From positions 161 to 64,160 of the forward strand of contig DASTLR010000003.1 in the NCBI GenBank assembly GCA_035714745.1: a stretch of DNA of 64,000 nucleotides. Reading direction: 5' to 3'. The notes under the pieces were generated by a model, which saw only the letters and a list, made by a program, of their open reading frames with translations, searched no databases and was not told the DNA's origin. Made by a program: the position numbers and the translations under genes. The stretch's first letter is position 1. Each line of letters starts with the position of its first letter. Below, piece by piece: positions 9,478 to 18,057 of this stretch. This stretch comes from Minisyncoccota bacterium. GTDB lineage: Bacteria > Patescibacteriota > Minisyncoccia > Phycocordibacterales > UBA6065.

Positions 9478-9578
9478 AACGAAGATCACTCCGGACACTC
9501 AGAGCACAAAAGAACACCAGAAGGGGATTCCCTCTGGTGTTCTTTTGTGATCCCCGTGTTCCCTGGTGATCTTCGTTT
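9478..9578. repeat. Copy A of a ~100-nt nested-palindromic intergenic repeat. Its inner hairpin acts as a bidirectional intrinsic terminator between the convergent tkt and recR genes.
   Basis: The outer stem is AACGAAGATCAC paired with GTGATCTTCGTT. The inner stem is 14-17 bp: AAAAGAACACCAGAAGG paired with CCTCTGGTGTTCTTTT. A T-run follows on both strands. About 75 nt are near-identical to 16423-16493. Confidence 0.8.
9508..9546. terminator. Bidirectional rho-independent terminator (inner hairpin of repeat copy A)
   Basis: Perfect 14-bp stem, an 11-nt loop that can pair further, and TTTTGTG downstream on both strands. Confidence 0.8.
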
Positions 9579-9581
9579 CCC

Positions 9582-10217
9582 CTACAACACTGTTTCCTGC
9601 TTGCGGCTCATCAGGGCGTTCCTGATGGTCTCGGAGTCGGAGTATTCGAGCTCGGTGCCGGTAGAGAGGCCGCGGCCCAGGATGGTCACTTTCAGGCCAT
9701 GTATTTTTATGAGAGGCGCGATGTAGCCCTCGACGAACTCGCGGGTGTGCTCGCCCTCGCTGTTAAGCGACAGGGCGAGGATGATTTCCTTGAGGCCGTT
9801 CTTTGCGCGGCGCTCGATTGCCTGGACCAGCTCCCGGGTGCGGATCTTCGATTCAGGGTCCTTTTCCACGAGCGATAGGGAGTTGCCCAGGACGAAGTAA
9901 TAGCCTCCGTAGACCTTGCTCTTTTCGACGGCGTCCAGGTCGACGTCCTTGGCCACGATCATAAGCGACTCGCGGTCGCGGCCGGCGTCGCGGCAGACAG
10001 GGCAGAGGTCGCCCGAGGCAGGGGCCCTCTTTTCGAAATAGCGATAGCAGCCGGAACAGACCGTCACGCGGGCGGCCAGCTGGACGATCTCGTCAGCCAG
10101 GGAGGCACGGAAGCCGTCGTTGGCGCCCAGCAGGAAATAGACGAATCGCTTGGCCTGGCGAGGGCCGATGCCGGGGAATTGCTTAAAAAGGTCGTGGAGG
10201 CGGTTCAGGTGGTCCAT
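9582..10217 (-). CDS. recR: Recombination protein RecR
   Basis: The HhH motif is FPGIGPRQAKRF. A C4 zinc finger (CSGCYRY...CPVC) and a Toprim domain are present. Length is 211 aa. Confidence 0.9.
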   Translation of the reverse strand: MDHLNRLHDLFKQFPGIGPRQAKRFVYFLLGANDGFRASLADEIVQLAARVTVCSGCYRYFEKRAPASGDLCPVCRDAGRDRESLMIVAKDVDLDAVEKSKVYGGYYFVLGNSLSLVEKDPESKIRTRELVQAIERRAKNGLKEIILALSLNSEGEHTREFVEGYIAPLIKIHGLKVTILGRGLSTGTELEYSDSETIRNALMSRKQETVL

Positions 10218-10236
10218 GCGCCTATTGTATCAGAGG

Positions 10237-11619
10237 CTAGAAGCTGCCTTCGATGGCCGGGGCGAACTCGCCGAAGTCGGCCTTCTCGACGGAGAGGAAG
10301 GTGGACTTGTCGGCGTCGAAGACCAGCTGGACCTCGCCGGTCGGGCCGTTTCGGTGCTTCTCGATGAGGATGGTGGCCTCGCGGGAGCGGGCCTGCTCGC
10401 CGGATTCGTCCTTTTCGCGGTGGATGAACATGACCACGTCCGCGTCCTGCTCGATGGAACCGGAATCGCGCAGGTCCGAGAGACGGGGTTTGCCGCCGCG
10501 GGACTCCACGGCGCGGGACAGCTGGGAGAGGGCGATGACCGGCACGTCCAGGTCGCGGGCCAGGTTCTTGAGCGAGCGGGAGATCTCGGTGACCTGCTGG
10601 ACGACGTTGTCGGTCTTGATCGACTGGACCGGCGTCATGAGCTGGAGGTAGTCGACGATGACCAGGCCCAGGGACTTTTCGGCCTTCAGGCGGCGGGCGA
10701 TGGCGCGCATCTTCAAGATATTGTTGCCTGGCTGGTCGTCGATATAGATAGGGGCCTTGGAAAGCTTCTCCATGGCGTCGCGGATGCGGCTGAAGTCGTG
10801 CTCGATAGAGAGGTTCTTGCCGGTGCGGAGCTTCCAGGCGTCGACGCGGGCCTCGGCGGCCAGCATGCGGTCGACGAGCTGCTGCGAGGACATTTCCAGG
10901 GAGAAGATGCCGACAGGGATGTTGTGCTCGACGGCGGCCTTGCGTGCGATGTCGAGGGCCAGTGACGTCTTACCCATAGATGGGCGAGCGGCTAGGATGA
11001 TGAGGTCCGATTTCTGGAAGCCGGAGAGCTTGTTGTCCAGGGCCTTGAAGCCGGTCGGCACGCCGCGCAGCTCGTGCTGGGAGTTATGGAGGCGGTCCAG
11101 GCGCTCCCAGGCCTCGCCCAGGGTGTCCTTGAGGGCGATGAACTTGTGCGAGCCGACGGAATTGGTGACGTCGAAGAGGCGCTTCTCGGCGTTGTCGATG
11201 ATCTCCTCGAGCTCGCCCTGCTCCTGGAACGACATGGACGAGATGTGCTCGCCGGCCTCGATGAGGCGGCGCATCATGCTCTTCTTCTGGACGATGGTGG
11301 CGTAGTGGCGGACGTTCGAGGCCGAGGGCACCAGGGCGACCAGCTCCGAGAGGTAGGTGGCGCCGCCGACGCGCTCCAGTTCGCCGCGGTCCTTGAGCTT
11401 TGACGAGAGGGAGAGGAGGTCGATCGGCTCGGCCTTGCTCATGAGCTCGAGCATGGCGCGCCAGACGATGCGGTGCTTGTCGGAATAGAAATCCTCCTCT
11501 TTTACGACGTCGGTGATCTCGTGGATGGCCTCGGGACGGAGGCAGATCGAGCCCAGCAGGGCCTGCTCGGCCTCGAGGGACTGCGGCGGGATGCGGATGT
11601 GGTCTCCGGTCTTTCTCAT
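10237..11619 (-). CDS. dnaB: Replicative DNA helicase DnaB
   Basis: The N-terminal primase-interaction region is PPQSLEAEQALLGS. Walker A is ARPSMGKTSLAL. The RecA-like core is present. Length is 460 aa. Confidence 0.95.
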   Translation of the reverse strand: MRKTGDHIRIPPQSLEAEQALLGSICLRPEAIHEITDVVKEEDFYSDKHRIVWRAMLELMSKAEPIDLLSLSSKLKDRGELERVGGATYLSELVALVPSASNVRHYATIVQKKSMMRRLIEAGEHISSMSFQEQGELEEIIDNAEKRLFDVTNSVGSHKFIALKDTLGEAWERLDRLHNSQHELRGVPTGFKALDNKLSGFQKSDLIILAARPSMGKTSLALDIARKAAVEHNIPVGIFSLEMSSQQLVDRMLAAEARVDAWKLRTGKNLSIEHDFSRIRDAMEKLSKAPIYIDDQPGNNILKMRAIARRLKAEKSLGLVIVDYLQLMTPVQSIKTDNVVQQVTEISRSLKNLARDLDVPVIALSQLSRAVESRGGKPRLSDLRDSGSIEQDADVVMFIHREKDESGEQARSREATILIEKHRNGPTGEVQLVFDADKSTFLSVEKADFGEFAPAIEGSF

Positions 11620-11721
11620 GCGACTATTCTACCACCGCCGCCGGCGCGCGGCACTGGCGGAAACGCCGCGGATGCGGTAAAAAGCGTCAAAACAGGGTAC
11701 AAGCGGGGGATATGCTGTGGC

Positions 11722-12090
11722 TTACGGCTCGAAGGCCGGTAGCGTCAGCGCGTGCATGCGCGCCGTGGCTCTGCGAAGGTCCGAAGCCCAATAAGGCGCC
11801 TTCGTCGGCACCAGGCGCATGCGATTATCATAACGAAGGTTTCCTACTTGCTGGACGAGGCCTCGGTCATGCAGGTTCGCGAGGGCAGTTTTGATCCTGT
11901 GGCGCGGTTCTCTGAGCATCCTGGCAAGAGAGGCTGTCGAATGAGGTCCAGAGGCGGTGGCGAGGATAACCTTTCTCTCTGTTTTGTTCAAGCTGAGCAT
12001 GTCGAACAATGTCTCGATATTGTGCCGAGAGGCGCCCCGCAATGTGCCGCTTAGCAAGGACGACTCCTCTATCATTTCAATGTCGCTCAT
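11722..12090 (-). CDS. Small winged-helix transcription regulator (MarR/ArsR-like), hypothetical
   Basis: 122 aa. The HTH segment is STASLARMLREPRHRIKTALANLHDRGLVQQV. It lies between cysS and dnaB on the same strand. The upstream region is AT-rich with several short hairpins. Confidence 0.5.
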   Translation of the reverse strand: MSDIEMIEESSLLSGTLRGASRHNIETLFDMLSLNKTERKVILATASGPHSTASLARMLREPRHRIKTALANLHDRGLVQQVGNLRYDNRMRLVPTKAPYWASDLRRATARMHALTLPAFEP

Positions 12091-12268
12091 CAGCCAAGTG
12101 TACGCCCAGTCGCATCTTGAGTTCTATAGTCCTCTCGTGTCGAAAAAGAGCCTTTCGTCAAAATGGAGTTTCAAATGTCCATTTTAACGAAAGTCGTTTT
12201 TGCGAGACCGTCGAGGGCCCAATAGAATAAAAAGCTTACAAAAAATTCCGCAGATTCCTCGCCGCCTG

Positions 12269-13684
12269 CTACCTTTTGGTTATTTTTTGACCCTCCGGGG
12301 TGTCTTTGACGTCGTAGCCGAGAGCGGCGATCTGGTCGCGCAGATCGTCCGAGAGCTTCCAATTCTTGGCGTTGCGGGCCTCGGCGCGCGCGGCCGCCAG
12401 CTCCAAGATTTTTTCTGGTAAAGTATCGCCGTTCTTTTGGGCCGCGGGCAGCTCCTTTATCAATCCCAAGAGCCTATCAAGCTCTAAAAGCGTGGCTTTT
12501 TTATCCGCTGCCGACAGCGCTTCTGATTTGACGACCTCCCAAGCCATTGCGAGCGCCTTGGGCGTGTCGAGATCGTCTGCGACGTATGACAGCGCCTTCT
12601 GAAACAGCTCACCGTCAGCCGTGCCGCCGTCCGGTAGCTCGGTCACCGCGGCAACGTATCTATTGTAGGCCGTGGCGGCCGCCTCGAGCGCCTCCCAGGT
12701 GAAGTTGAGCGGCGTGGAATAGCGGGCGCCCAGCAGGTAGTAGCGATAGGCAAGCGGGTCGTAGCCCTTCTCCTTGAGCGAGCCAAGGGTGAGGAAATTT
12801 CCCTCGGATTTGGCCATCTTGCCGCCCTCTACGTTCAAAAAAGCCGAATGAAGCCAATACCTGACGAACTGGCGCCCTTCCGCCGCTTCTGACTGGGCAA
12901 TCTCGTTGTTGTGGTGGACGGGGATATGGTCGATGCCCCCGGTGTGTATGTCGACGGGCAGGCCCAGGAGCGCCTCGGACATGGCTGAGCACTCTATGTG
13001 CCAGCCCGGGAAGCCTTTGCCCCACGGCGAGTCCCACTCCATCTCGCGCCGCTCGCCGGCGGGGGAGAACTTCCAGAGGACGAAATCGGTGGCGTTCTTT
13101 TTTTCCTCGTTCACGCCGATGCGCTGGCCTTCGCGGATGCCTTTCAGGTCGATCTTCCCGAGCTTGCCGTATTCCGGGAATAGGGCCGTATCAAAGTATA
13201 TGCCGTCCGACGTCCGGTAAGCAAAGCCCTTCTTCTCGAGCTTCTTGACGATGGCGATCTGCTCGTCGATATAGTCTGTGGCGCGAGGGAACCGAGTGCC
13301 GTCCGTGTCGACGTTCAGGCCGCGTAGGTCTTCGAAGAAAGCCTCCGTATAGTGCCGGGCGATGTCCCAAGCGGATTTGCGCTCGCGACGGCGAGCCGTC
13401 TCCATCTTGTCCTCGCCGGTATCGGCGTCGCTCGTTAGGTGGCCGACGTCGGTGATGTTGATGACCTGGTGGACCCGGTATCCCGAGGCCTTCATCAGCC
13501 TCTTGAGGGTGTCGGCAAAGACGTAGGCGCGAAGGTTCCCGATATGGGCGAAGTTATAGACCGTCGGGCCGCAGTGGTACATGCCGACGCGCGGCTTGCC
13601 GATGAAGCCCAGGAAGCGTCCCAGGAGGGGCTTGAACTCCTCTTTGCGGCCGCTCAGGGTGTTGTGCAGGTAGATCGGTACCAT
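12269..13684 (-). CDS. cysS: Cysteinyl-tRNA synthetase
   Basis: The HIGH region is MYHCGPTVYNFAHIGNLRAY. The zinc-ligand region is HIECS. The KMSKS-type motif is KMAKSEGN. Confidence 0.95.
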   Translation of the reverse strand: MVPIYLHNTLSGRKEEFKPLLGRFLGFIGKPRVGMYHCGPTVYNFAHIGNLRAYVFADTLKRLMKASGYRVHQVINITDVGHLTSDADTGEDKMETARRRERKSAWDIARHYTEAFFEDLRGLNVDTDGTRFPRATDYIDEQIAIVKKLEKKGFAYRTSDGIYFDTALFPEYGKLGKIDLKGIREGQRIGVNEEKKNATDFVLWKFSPAGERREMEWDSPWGKGFPGWHIECSAMSEALLGLPVDIHTGGIDHIPVHHNNEIAQSEAAEGRQFVRYWLHSAFLNVEGGKMAKSEGNFLTLGSLKEKGYDPLAYRYYLLGARYSTPLNFTWEALEAAATAYNRYVAAVTELPDGGTADGELFQKALSYVADDLDTPKALAMAWEVVKSEALSAADKKATLLELDRLLGLIKELPAAQKNGDTLPEKILELAAARAEARNAKNWKLSDDLRDQIAALGYDVKDTPEGQKITKR

Positions 13685-13694
13685 AGGCGTCAGG

Positions 13695-14609
13695 CTAGAA
13701 CCATTTTCGGGCGCGCATGATGCCGGCGATGACCAGTCCCGTGGCGAGCATGATCAGGCCGGCCATCCAGAACTCGTGGGGCTTGCCATGGATAGGGCTG
13801 TCGGGCGACTCGATGAGGAACCACGAGGCCATGATGTTCACGAAGGACGAGACGATGGTCACGGCCGTAAAGGTCATCATGATCTTGTTCTGCTTGGTCT
13901 CCAGGAGGGAGTTGTTCGTCTCGCGCAGCTCGTGGAGCGACTCGTTCAGGCCCTGGACGGTCTTGTGGACCTTCATGTACTCGCCGATCAGGGCGTCGAT
14001 ATAATGGCCGTAATCGGCGCCGAAATGGCCCCTTGCGGCCTCCCTGAACGATTCCAGGACCTCCTGGTGGAGCGAGATGGCGTGCTTGAAGGCCAAGAGC
14101 TCGCGCGAGGTGTTCGAGATCTCGTAGACCATGTCGCGCTCGGCGCCGGCGAATATCTTCTTCTCGATCTCGTCCAGGCCGTCGCGCACCGCCTCCAGCT
14201 CGTCGCTGAGCGAGCGGTATACCTCGCGCATCAGGTAGTAGAAGGTGTATCCGGCGTTCTCGCCGAGGAGGCCGTTGTGGTCCAGGACGGCGTTGACCTC
14301 CATCATCTTTGAGAACTTGTGGAGGGGGTCGATGGTGTCGTAGCGAGCGGTGATGAGGAAGTCCTTGCCGACGATGACGTCCAGCTCTTGGGTAGTGTCC
14401 TTGTGCGAGTGCTTCCAGGCGGGGAGGTGGAGGATCAGGTAGACGAAGCCGTCATAGCGGTCGACCTTTGACCGGCTGGTGGGCAGGAGCAGCTCCTCGG
14501 CGGCCAGGGGGTGGAGGTCGTACTTCTCCATGAGCCCCCGGACCTCGTCCCTGGTCGGGCACTCCAGGTCTACCCACGCGACCTTCTTGTACGTATAGGT
14601 ATGTATCAT
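13695..14609 (-). CDS. CorA-family divalent-cation transporter homolog with an atypical pore motif (ASW in place of GMN)
   Basis: 304 aa. A soluble N-terminal domain is followed by two C-terminal TM helices and a KWF-type C-terminus. The segment NKIMMTFTAVTIVSSFVNIMASWF aligns to the CorA ...GIYGMNF segment. Confidence 0.55.
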   Translation of the reverse strand: MIHTYTYKKVAWVDLECPTRDEVRGLMEKYDLHPLAAEELLLPTSRSKVDRYDGFVYLILHLPAWKHSHKDTTQELDVIVGKDFLITARYDTIDPLHKFSKMMEVNAVLDHNGLLGENAGYTFYYLMREVYRSLSDELEAVRDGLDEIEKKIFAGAERDMVYEISNTSRELLAFKHAISLHQEVLESFREAARGHFGADYGHYIDALIGEYMKVHKTVQGLNESLHELRETNNSLLETKQNKIMMTFTAVTIVSSFVNIMASWFLIESPDSPIHGKPHEFWMAGLIMLATGLVIAGIMRARKWF

Positions 14610-14641
14610 GGGGATAATGATAGCATGATATAATCTCGCCT

Positions 14642-15904
14642 ATGCATCAATCGAACAAAGCCTCCGTCGCCGTCATCGCCCTGGCAGCCGTGGCGGTCTC
14701 TTTCGTCCTGGGCTTCCGGTCGGGCGCCACGTCGGCCGCCCAGCAGAGCTTGGCCGCGACCGTCGCCAACCAGGCGGCGGGCAAGCCCTCCTCTGTGGAC
14801 TTCGCGCCTTTTTGGAAGGCCTGGAACATCATCAACGAGAAATACGCGGGCACCAGCACGTCCGACCAGGACAAGGTCTACGGCGCCATCGAGGGCATGA
14901 CCGCCTCGCTCGGCGACCCGTATACCGTATTCTTCCCGCCGGCCGAGTCGAAGATGTTCGCCAGCGAGATCGCCGGCAACTTCGAGGGCGTGGGCATGGA
15001 GATCGGCATCAAGGACGGCCGCCTGGTCGTCGTCTCGCCGATCAAGGGCTCGCCGGCCGAGGCCGCGGGCGTCAAGGCGGGCGACGCCATAGCCAGGATC
15101 GACGAAACGGACGCGGCCGGCCTCTCGACCGACCAGGCCGTACAGCTGATCCGCGGCAAATCAGGGACGAAAGTCCGCCTGGGCCTGGCGCGCGACGGCA
15201 AGCCTTTTTCCGTGACCATCGTCCGGGCAAAGATCGACCTGCCGACCGTCCGCACGGCCGTCAAGCAGGAGGCGAGCTCAGCGGGCTCCACGACCGCCGA
15301 TTCCGGCACCGGCCTGCGCAAGGACGGCATCTTCGTCATATCCCTCTTCAGCTTCAGCGAGAATTCGGCCAACCTCTTCCGCGAGGCTCTGCGCGAGTTC
15401 GTCAAATCGGGCTCCCACAAGCTGGTCATCGACCTGCGCGGCAATCCAGGGGGCTATCTCGAGGCGGCGGTCGACATGGCCTCGTGGTTCCTGCCCGACG
15501 GCGCCATCGTGGTCCATGAATCCTTTGGCAAGGGCGTGCCCGAGCAGGTCTATCGCAGCAAGGGCTATAACATATTCACCGACAAGCTGAAGCTGGTCGT
15601 GCTCGTGGACGGCGGCTCGGCTTCGGCCTCCGAGATCCTGGCCGGAGCCCTCTCCGAGAATGGCCGGGCCATCCTGGTCGGCGCAAAGACCTTTGGCAAG
15701 GGGTCGGTCCAGGAGCTGGTCAACCTGACGCCGGACACCTCGCTCAAGGTCACCATCGCCAAGTGGCTGACGCCAAAGGGCAACTCCATCTCCAAGCAAG
15801 GCATCACCCCCGACTACATGGTGCCGATGACCGAGGCAGACGCCCGGGCGGAGCGCGATCCCCAGATGGACAAGGCCGTGGAATTGCTTTCAAAGCTGCC
15901 ATAG
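14642..15904 (+). CDS. ctpA: Carboxyl-terminal processing protease (peptidase S41) with PDZ domain
   Basis: It has an N-terminal TM/signal region, a PDZ domain (GDAIARIDETDAAGLSTDQAVQLIRGKSGTKV), and an S41 core (LVIDLRGNPGGYL, GGSASASEILAGAL, K in AKTFGKGS). Confidence 0.9.
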   Translation: MHQSNKASVAVIALAAVAVSFVLGFRSGATSAAQQSLAATVANQAAGKPSSVDFAPFWKAWNIINEKYAGTSTSDQDKVYGAIEGMTASLGDPYTVFFPPAESKMFASEIAGNFEGVGMEIGIKDGRLVVVSPIKGSPAEAAGVKAGDAIARIDETDAAGLSTDQAVQLIRGKSGTKVRLGLARDGKPFSVTIVRAKIDLPTVRTAVKQEASSAGSTTADSGTGLRKDGIFVISLFSFSENSANLFREALREFVKSGSHKLVIDLRGNPGGYLEAAVDMASWFLPDGAIVVHESFGKGVPEQVYRSKGYNIFTDKLKLVVLVDGGSASASEILAGALSENGRAILVGAKTFGKGSVQELVNLTPDTSLKVTIAKWLTPKGNSISKQGITPDYMVPMTEADARAERDPQMDKAVELLSKLP

Positions 15905-15937
15905 GCTAGTATCAAGACCTAACCAGATCGAACAACC

Positions 15938-16384
15938 ATGAAGATCGTATTGACCAAGGACGTGAAAGGAGTGGGAAAGAAGCACGACATCAAGACCGTA
16001 GCCGACGGATTCGCCTTGAACAGCCTGATCCCTCAGGGCTTGGCAGAGGTAGCCACCGCCGCGGCCCTGGCCCGCGTCGAGAAGGTCCGCAAGGCCGAAG
16101 AGGCCGAGAGGAAGGTCAAGGAGGACCTCCTGTCCAAGAACCTCAAGTCCATCCACGACGCCGTGGTCGAGGTGGCGGTCGGCGCCAACGAGAAAGGCCA
16201 CCTCTTCGCCGGCCTCCACGCCGCCGAGATCGCGCCCCTGGTCAAGGAGCAGACCCGCATCGACGTCCTGCCGGAATTCATCGTCCTCGAGAAGCCTATA
16301 AAGGAAGTAGGGGAGCACAAGATCGACGTCAAAGTCCAGGGCAAAAGCGCCACGTTCACGCTGAACGTCACGGCAAAGAAGTAG
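15938..16384 (+). CDS. rplI: 50S ribosomal protein L9
   Basis: The protein begins MKIVLTKDVKGVGKKHDIKTVADGFALNSLIPQGLA. Length is 148 aa. Confidence 0.9.
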   Translation: MKIVLTKDVKGVGKKHDIKTVADGFALNSLIPQGLAEVATAAALARVEKVRKAEEAERKVKEDLLSKNLKSIHDAVVEVAVGANEKGHLFAGLHAAEIAPLVKEQTRIDVLPEFIVLEKPIKEVGEHKIDVKVQGKSATFTLNVTAKK

Positions 16385-16399
16385 GGAAGAGACGAGAGA

Positions 16400-16493
16400 A
16401 CACGAAGATCACTAAAGAATACAAAAGAACACCAGAGGGGAATCTCCTCTGGTGTTCTTTTGTGATCCCCGTGTTCCCTGGTGATCTTCGTGT
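16400..16493. repeat. Copy B of the nested-palindromic intergenic repeat. Its inner hairpin is a bidirectional terminator between the convergent rplI and rpmA genes.
   Basis: The outer stem is ACACGAAGATCAC paired with GTGATCTTCGTGT, a compensatory change relative to copy A. The inner stem is AAAAGAACACCAGAGG paired with CCTCTGGTGTTCTTTT. The 3' ~75 nt are near-identical to copy A. Confidence 0.8.
16423..16461. terminator. Bidirectional rho-independent terminator (inner hairpin of repeat copy B)
   Basis: 15-16-bp stem followed by TTTTGTG. Confidence 0.8.
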
Positions 16494-16508
16494 CCTTCCG
16501 TATCCTCC

Positions 16509-16781
16509 TTACGCCACATTCACCACATTCTTCACCTTCGCCTTGCCGTTGAAGCCTATCTTTCGCTTGGTCGAGTTGCTGACGGTGCCCTCGGCGGTGG
16601 CGTAGATCGTGTAGTCCTTGCCCAGGGCCGTGTTCTTGCCTGGCAGGGTATTGAGGCCCTCCTGACGGACGATGATAGAGCCTACCTTGGCCCTTTCGCC
16701 GGCGTAGAGCTTGATGCCCAGGTATCGTGGGTTAGAATCTCGTCCGTTCTTCGTCGTTCCGGCTGATTTTTTTGTTGCCAT
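16509..16781 (-). CDS. rpmA: 50S ribosomal protein L27
   Basis: The protein begins MATKKSAGTTKNGRDSNPRYLGIKLYAGE...GSIIVRQEG. Length is 90 aa. Confidence 0.95.
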   Translation of the reverse strand: MATKKSAGTTKNGRDSNPRYLGIKLYAGERAKVGSIIVRQEGLNTLPGKNTALGKDYTIYATAEGTVSNSTKRKIGFNGKAKVKNVVNVA

Positions 16782-16801
16782 GGCGTGTTATTTGAGGCAT
16801 T

Positions 16802-16830
16802 CACTATAGCCTATAGGGTGTAACAAATCA
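16802..16830 (-). promoter_or_regulatory. Sigma70-type promoter for rpmA (-35 TTGATT, 17-nt spacer, -10 TATAGT)
   Basis: The minus-strand reading is TTGATT tgttacaccctataggc TATAGT. The -10 ends about 20 nt upstream of the rpmA ATG. Confidence 0.6.
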
Positions 16831-16912
16831 AGCCGGGGGCAGGGAAGGGAATAAATATGGCTCAGTATGGCCATATATCAGGTTGACAAGCGCTCATTCG
16901 CCTGGTCTCCTA

Positions 16913-16941
16913 TTGACAAATATAATCAGGGGTGCTATAAT
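16913..16941 (+). promoter_or_regulatory. Consensus sigma70 promoter (TTGACA-N17-TATAAT) driving the transglycosylase gene
   Basis: Exact TTGACA at 16913-16918, a 17-nt spacer, and exact TATAAT at 16936-16941. The ATG follows at 16984. Confidence 0.7.
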
Positions 16942-16983
16942 AGGACTACATCAGAGATTTTCTCTGGTGATTTTAATTTCACT

Positions 16984-17433
16984 ATGATTTTCGAGCTTAC
17001 GACCGGAATCCTGATGCTCGCATCGGCCCTGACGGGGTCGACGAGCCCTGCGACTGCGGCGACCGCAAGCCAAGGCATATCGAGCGACCAGCCGCTCTCT
17101 ACCGTCTCGACGGAAGCGTACGTCCGCGATTACTTCAAGGACATCCCGCTCCTCGCCGAGATCTCCCGCTGCGAATCGACCTTTAGGCAGTTCGACAAAG
17201 ACGGCAAGCCTATCGTCGGCAAGGTGAACAAGTCCGACATCGGCGTCATGCAGATCAACACCTATTACCATGGCGAGAGCGCGGCCAAGCTGGGCTTCGA
17301 CCTGACCACCATCGACGGCAACCTCGGCTACGCCCGATACCTCTACGGCAAGTACGGCTCGGACCCTTGGTCCAGCTCGTCCAAGTGCTGGGGCACGTAC
17401 GAGAAGCCCGCCAAGGACCTCGCCCGCACGTAA
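16984..17433 (+). CDS. Secreted or membrane-anchored lytic transglycosylase, IagB/IpgF/EtgA-like (GH23 lysozyme-like fold)
   Basis: The N-terminal hydrophobic anchor is MIFELTTGILMLASALTG. The catalytic region CESTFRQFDKDGKPIVGKVNKSDIGVMQIN matches the ES...D.G(L/V)MQIN motif of the IagB family. The track ORF starts at 16867, but the promoter and the hydrophobic N-terminus favour the ATG at 16984. Confidence 0.65.
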   Translation: MIFELTTGILMLASALTGSTSPATAATASQGISSDQPLSTVSTEAYVRDYFKDIPLLAEISRCESTFRQFDKDGKPIVGKVNKSDIGVMQINTYYHGESAAKLGFDLTTIDGNLGYARYLYGKYGSDPWSSSSKCWGTYEKPAKDLART

Positions 17434-17463
17434 TCCGCGCAGAGAAAGAAGGATATAGGCAAA

Positions 17464-17490
17464 GGCCGCCCCCAAAGGCGGCTTTTGCTT
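17464..17490 (+). terminator. Rho-independent terminator after the transglycosylase gene
   Basis: GGCCGCC-cccaaa-GGCGGC followed by TTTTGCTT. Confidence 0.6.
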
Positions 17491-17526
17491 GCCGGCGGAG
17501 CGTCGGTGGGGTAGTATCCTGCCCAG

Positions 17527-18030
17527 ATGAACATCCTTACATCGCAGGGCTTGCACGCGCGCCTGGTAGCGCACGACATCGACACCGAAGGCTGGGGCAT
17601 CGGCTCCCATCGGTCGTTCGACGACCTTTTGGCCGAGCTTGCCTCGGGAGAGGCCAGTCTTATCGACCAGGAAGGCCGTCTGGTCTATTGGAGCCGGCGG
17701 ACCGAGGTCCGGGTGATCGGCGCCTTTGGCGACGAGATACACGTGTTGGCGCGGCCGATCAAAGGCAGGGTAGCAAAAGGCGACGCCGGTCCCGCCGAAG
17801 CCGCCGAGCGGTCTGTCCGTCAGGCGCTCCAGATCCCGTCAGGGGCCGAGGTCGCGCTGTTCCAGGACCGTCTTCGGGAGCCGCCTGCGGACGGGCCGTC
17901 AAGAGACTATCCCGGGCTGTGGTCGGCGGGGGAGCACCACCTGTTCCTTTGCTTCATCTCGCGGGCGCTCTTCGAAAGCCTGCGACCCCACCATGCGTGG
18001 GAGGCTATCTCCGTCTCGGCCGCAGGATGA
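17527..18030 (+). CDS. Hypothetical protein
   Basis: 167-aa ORF in high-GC DNA with balanced composition and no recognised motif. An overlapping Arg-rich + ORF (17367..18074) and a - ORF (16951..17742) look spurious. Confidence 0.35.
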   Translation: MNILTSQGLHARLVAHDIDTEGWGIGSHRSFDDLLAELASGEASLIDQEGRLVYWSRRTEVRVIGAFGDEIHVLARPIKGRVAKGDAGPAEAAERSVRQALQIPSGAEVALFQDRLREPPADGPSRDYPGLWSAGEHHLFLCFISRALFESLRPHHAWEAISVSAAG

Positions 18031-18057
18031 CCTGCGGCCTTTTTCATGGGCCAAAGG

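Noticed and set aside
10150-11403. Antisense ORFs (10150..10965 plus and 10757..11305 plus) within dnaB
   Set aside because: These are alternate-frame products of a high-GC gene with low-complexity composition. dnaB on the minus strand is unambiguous.
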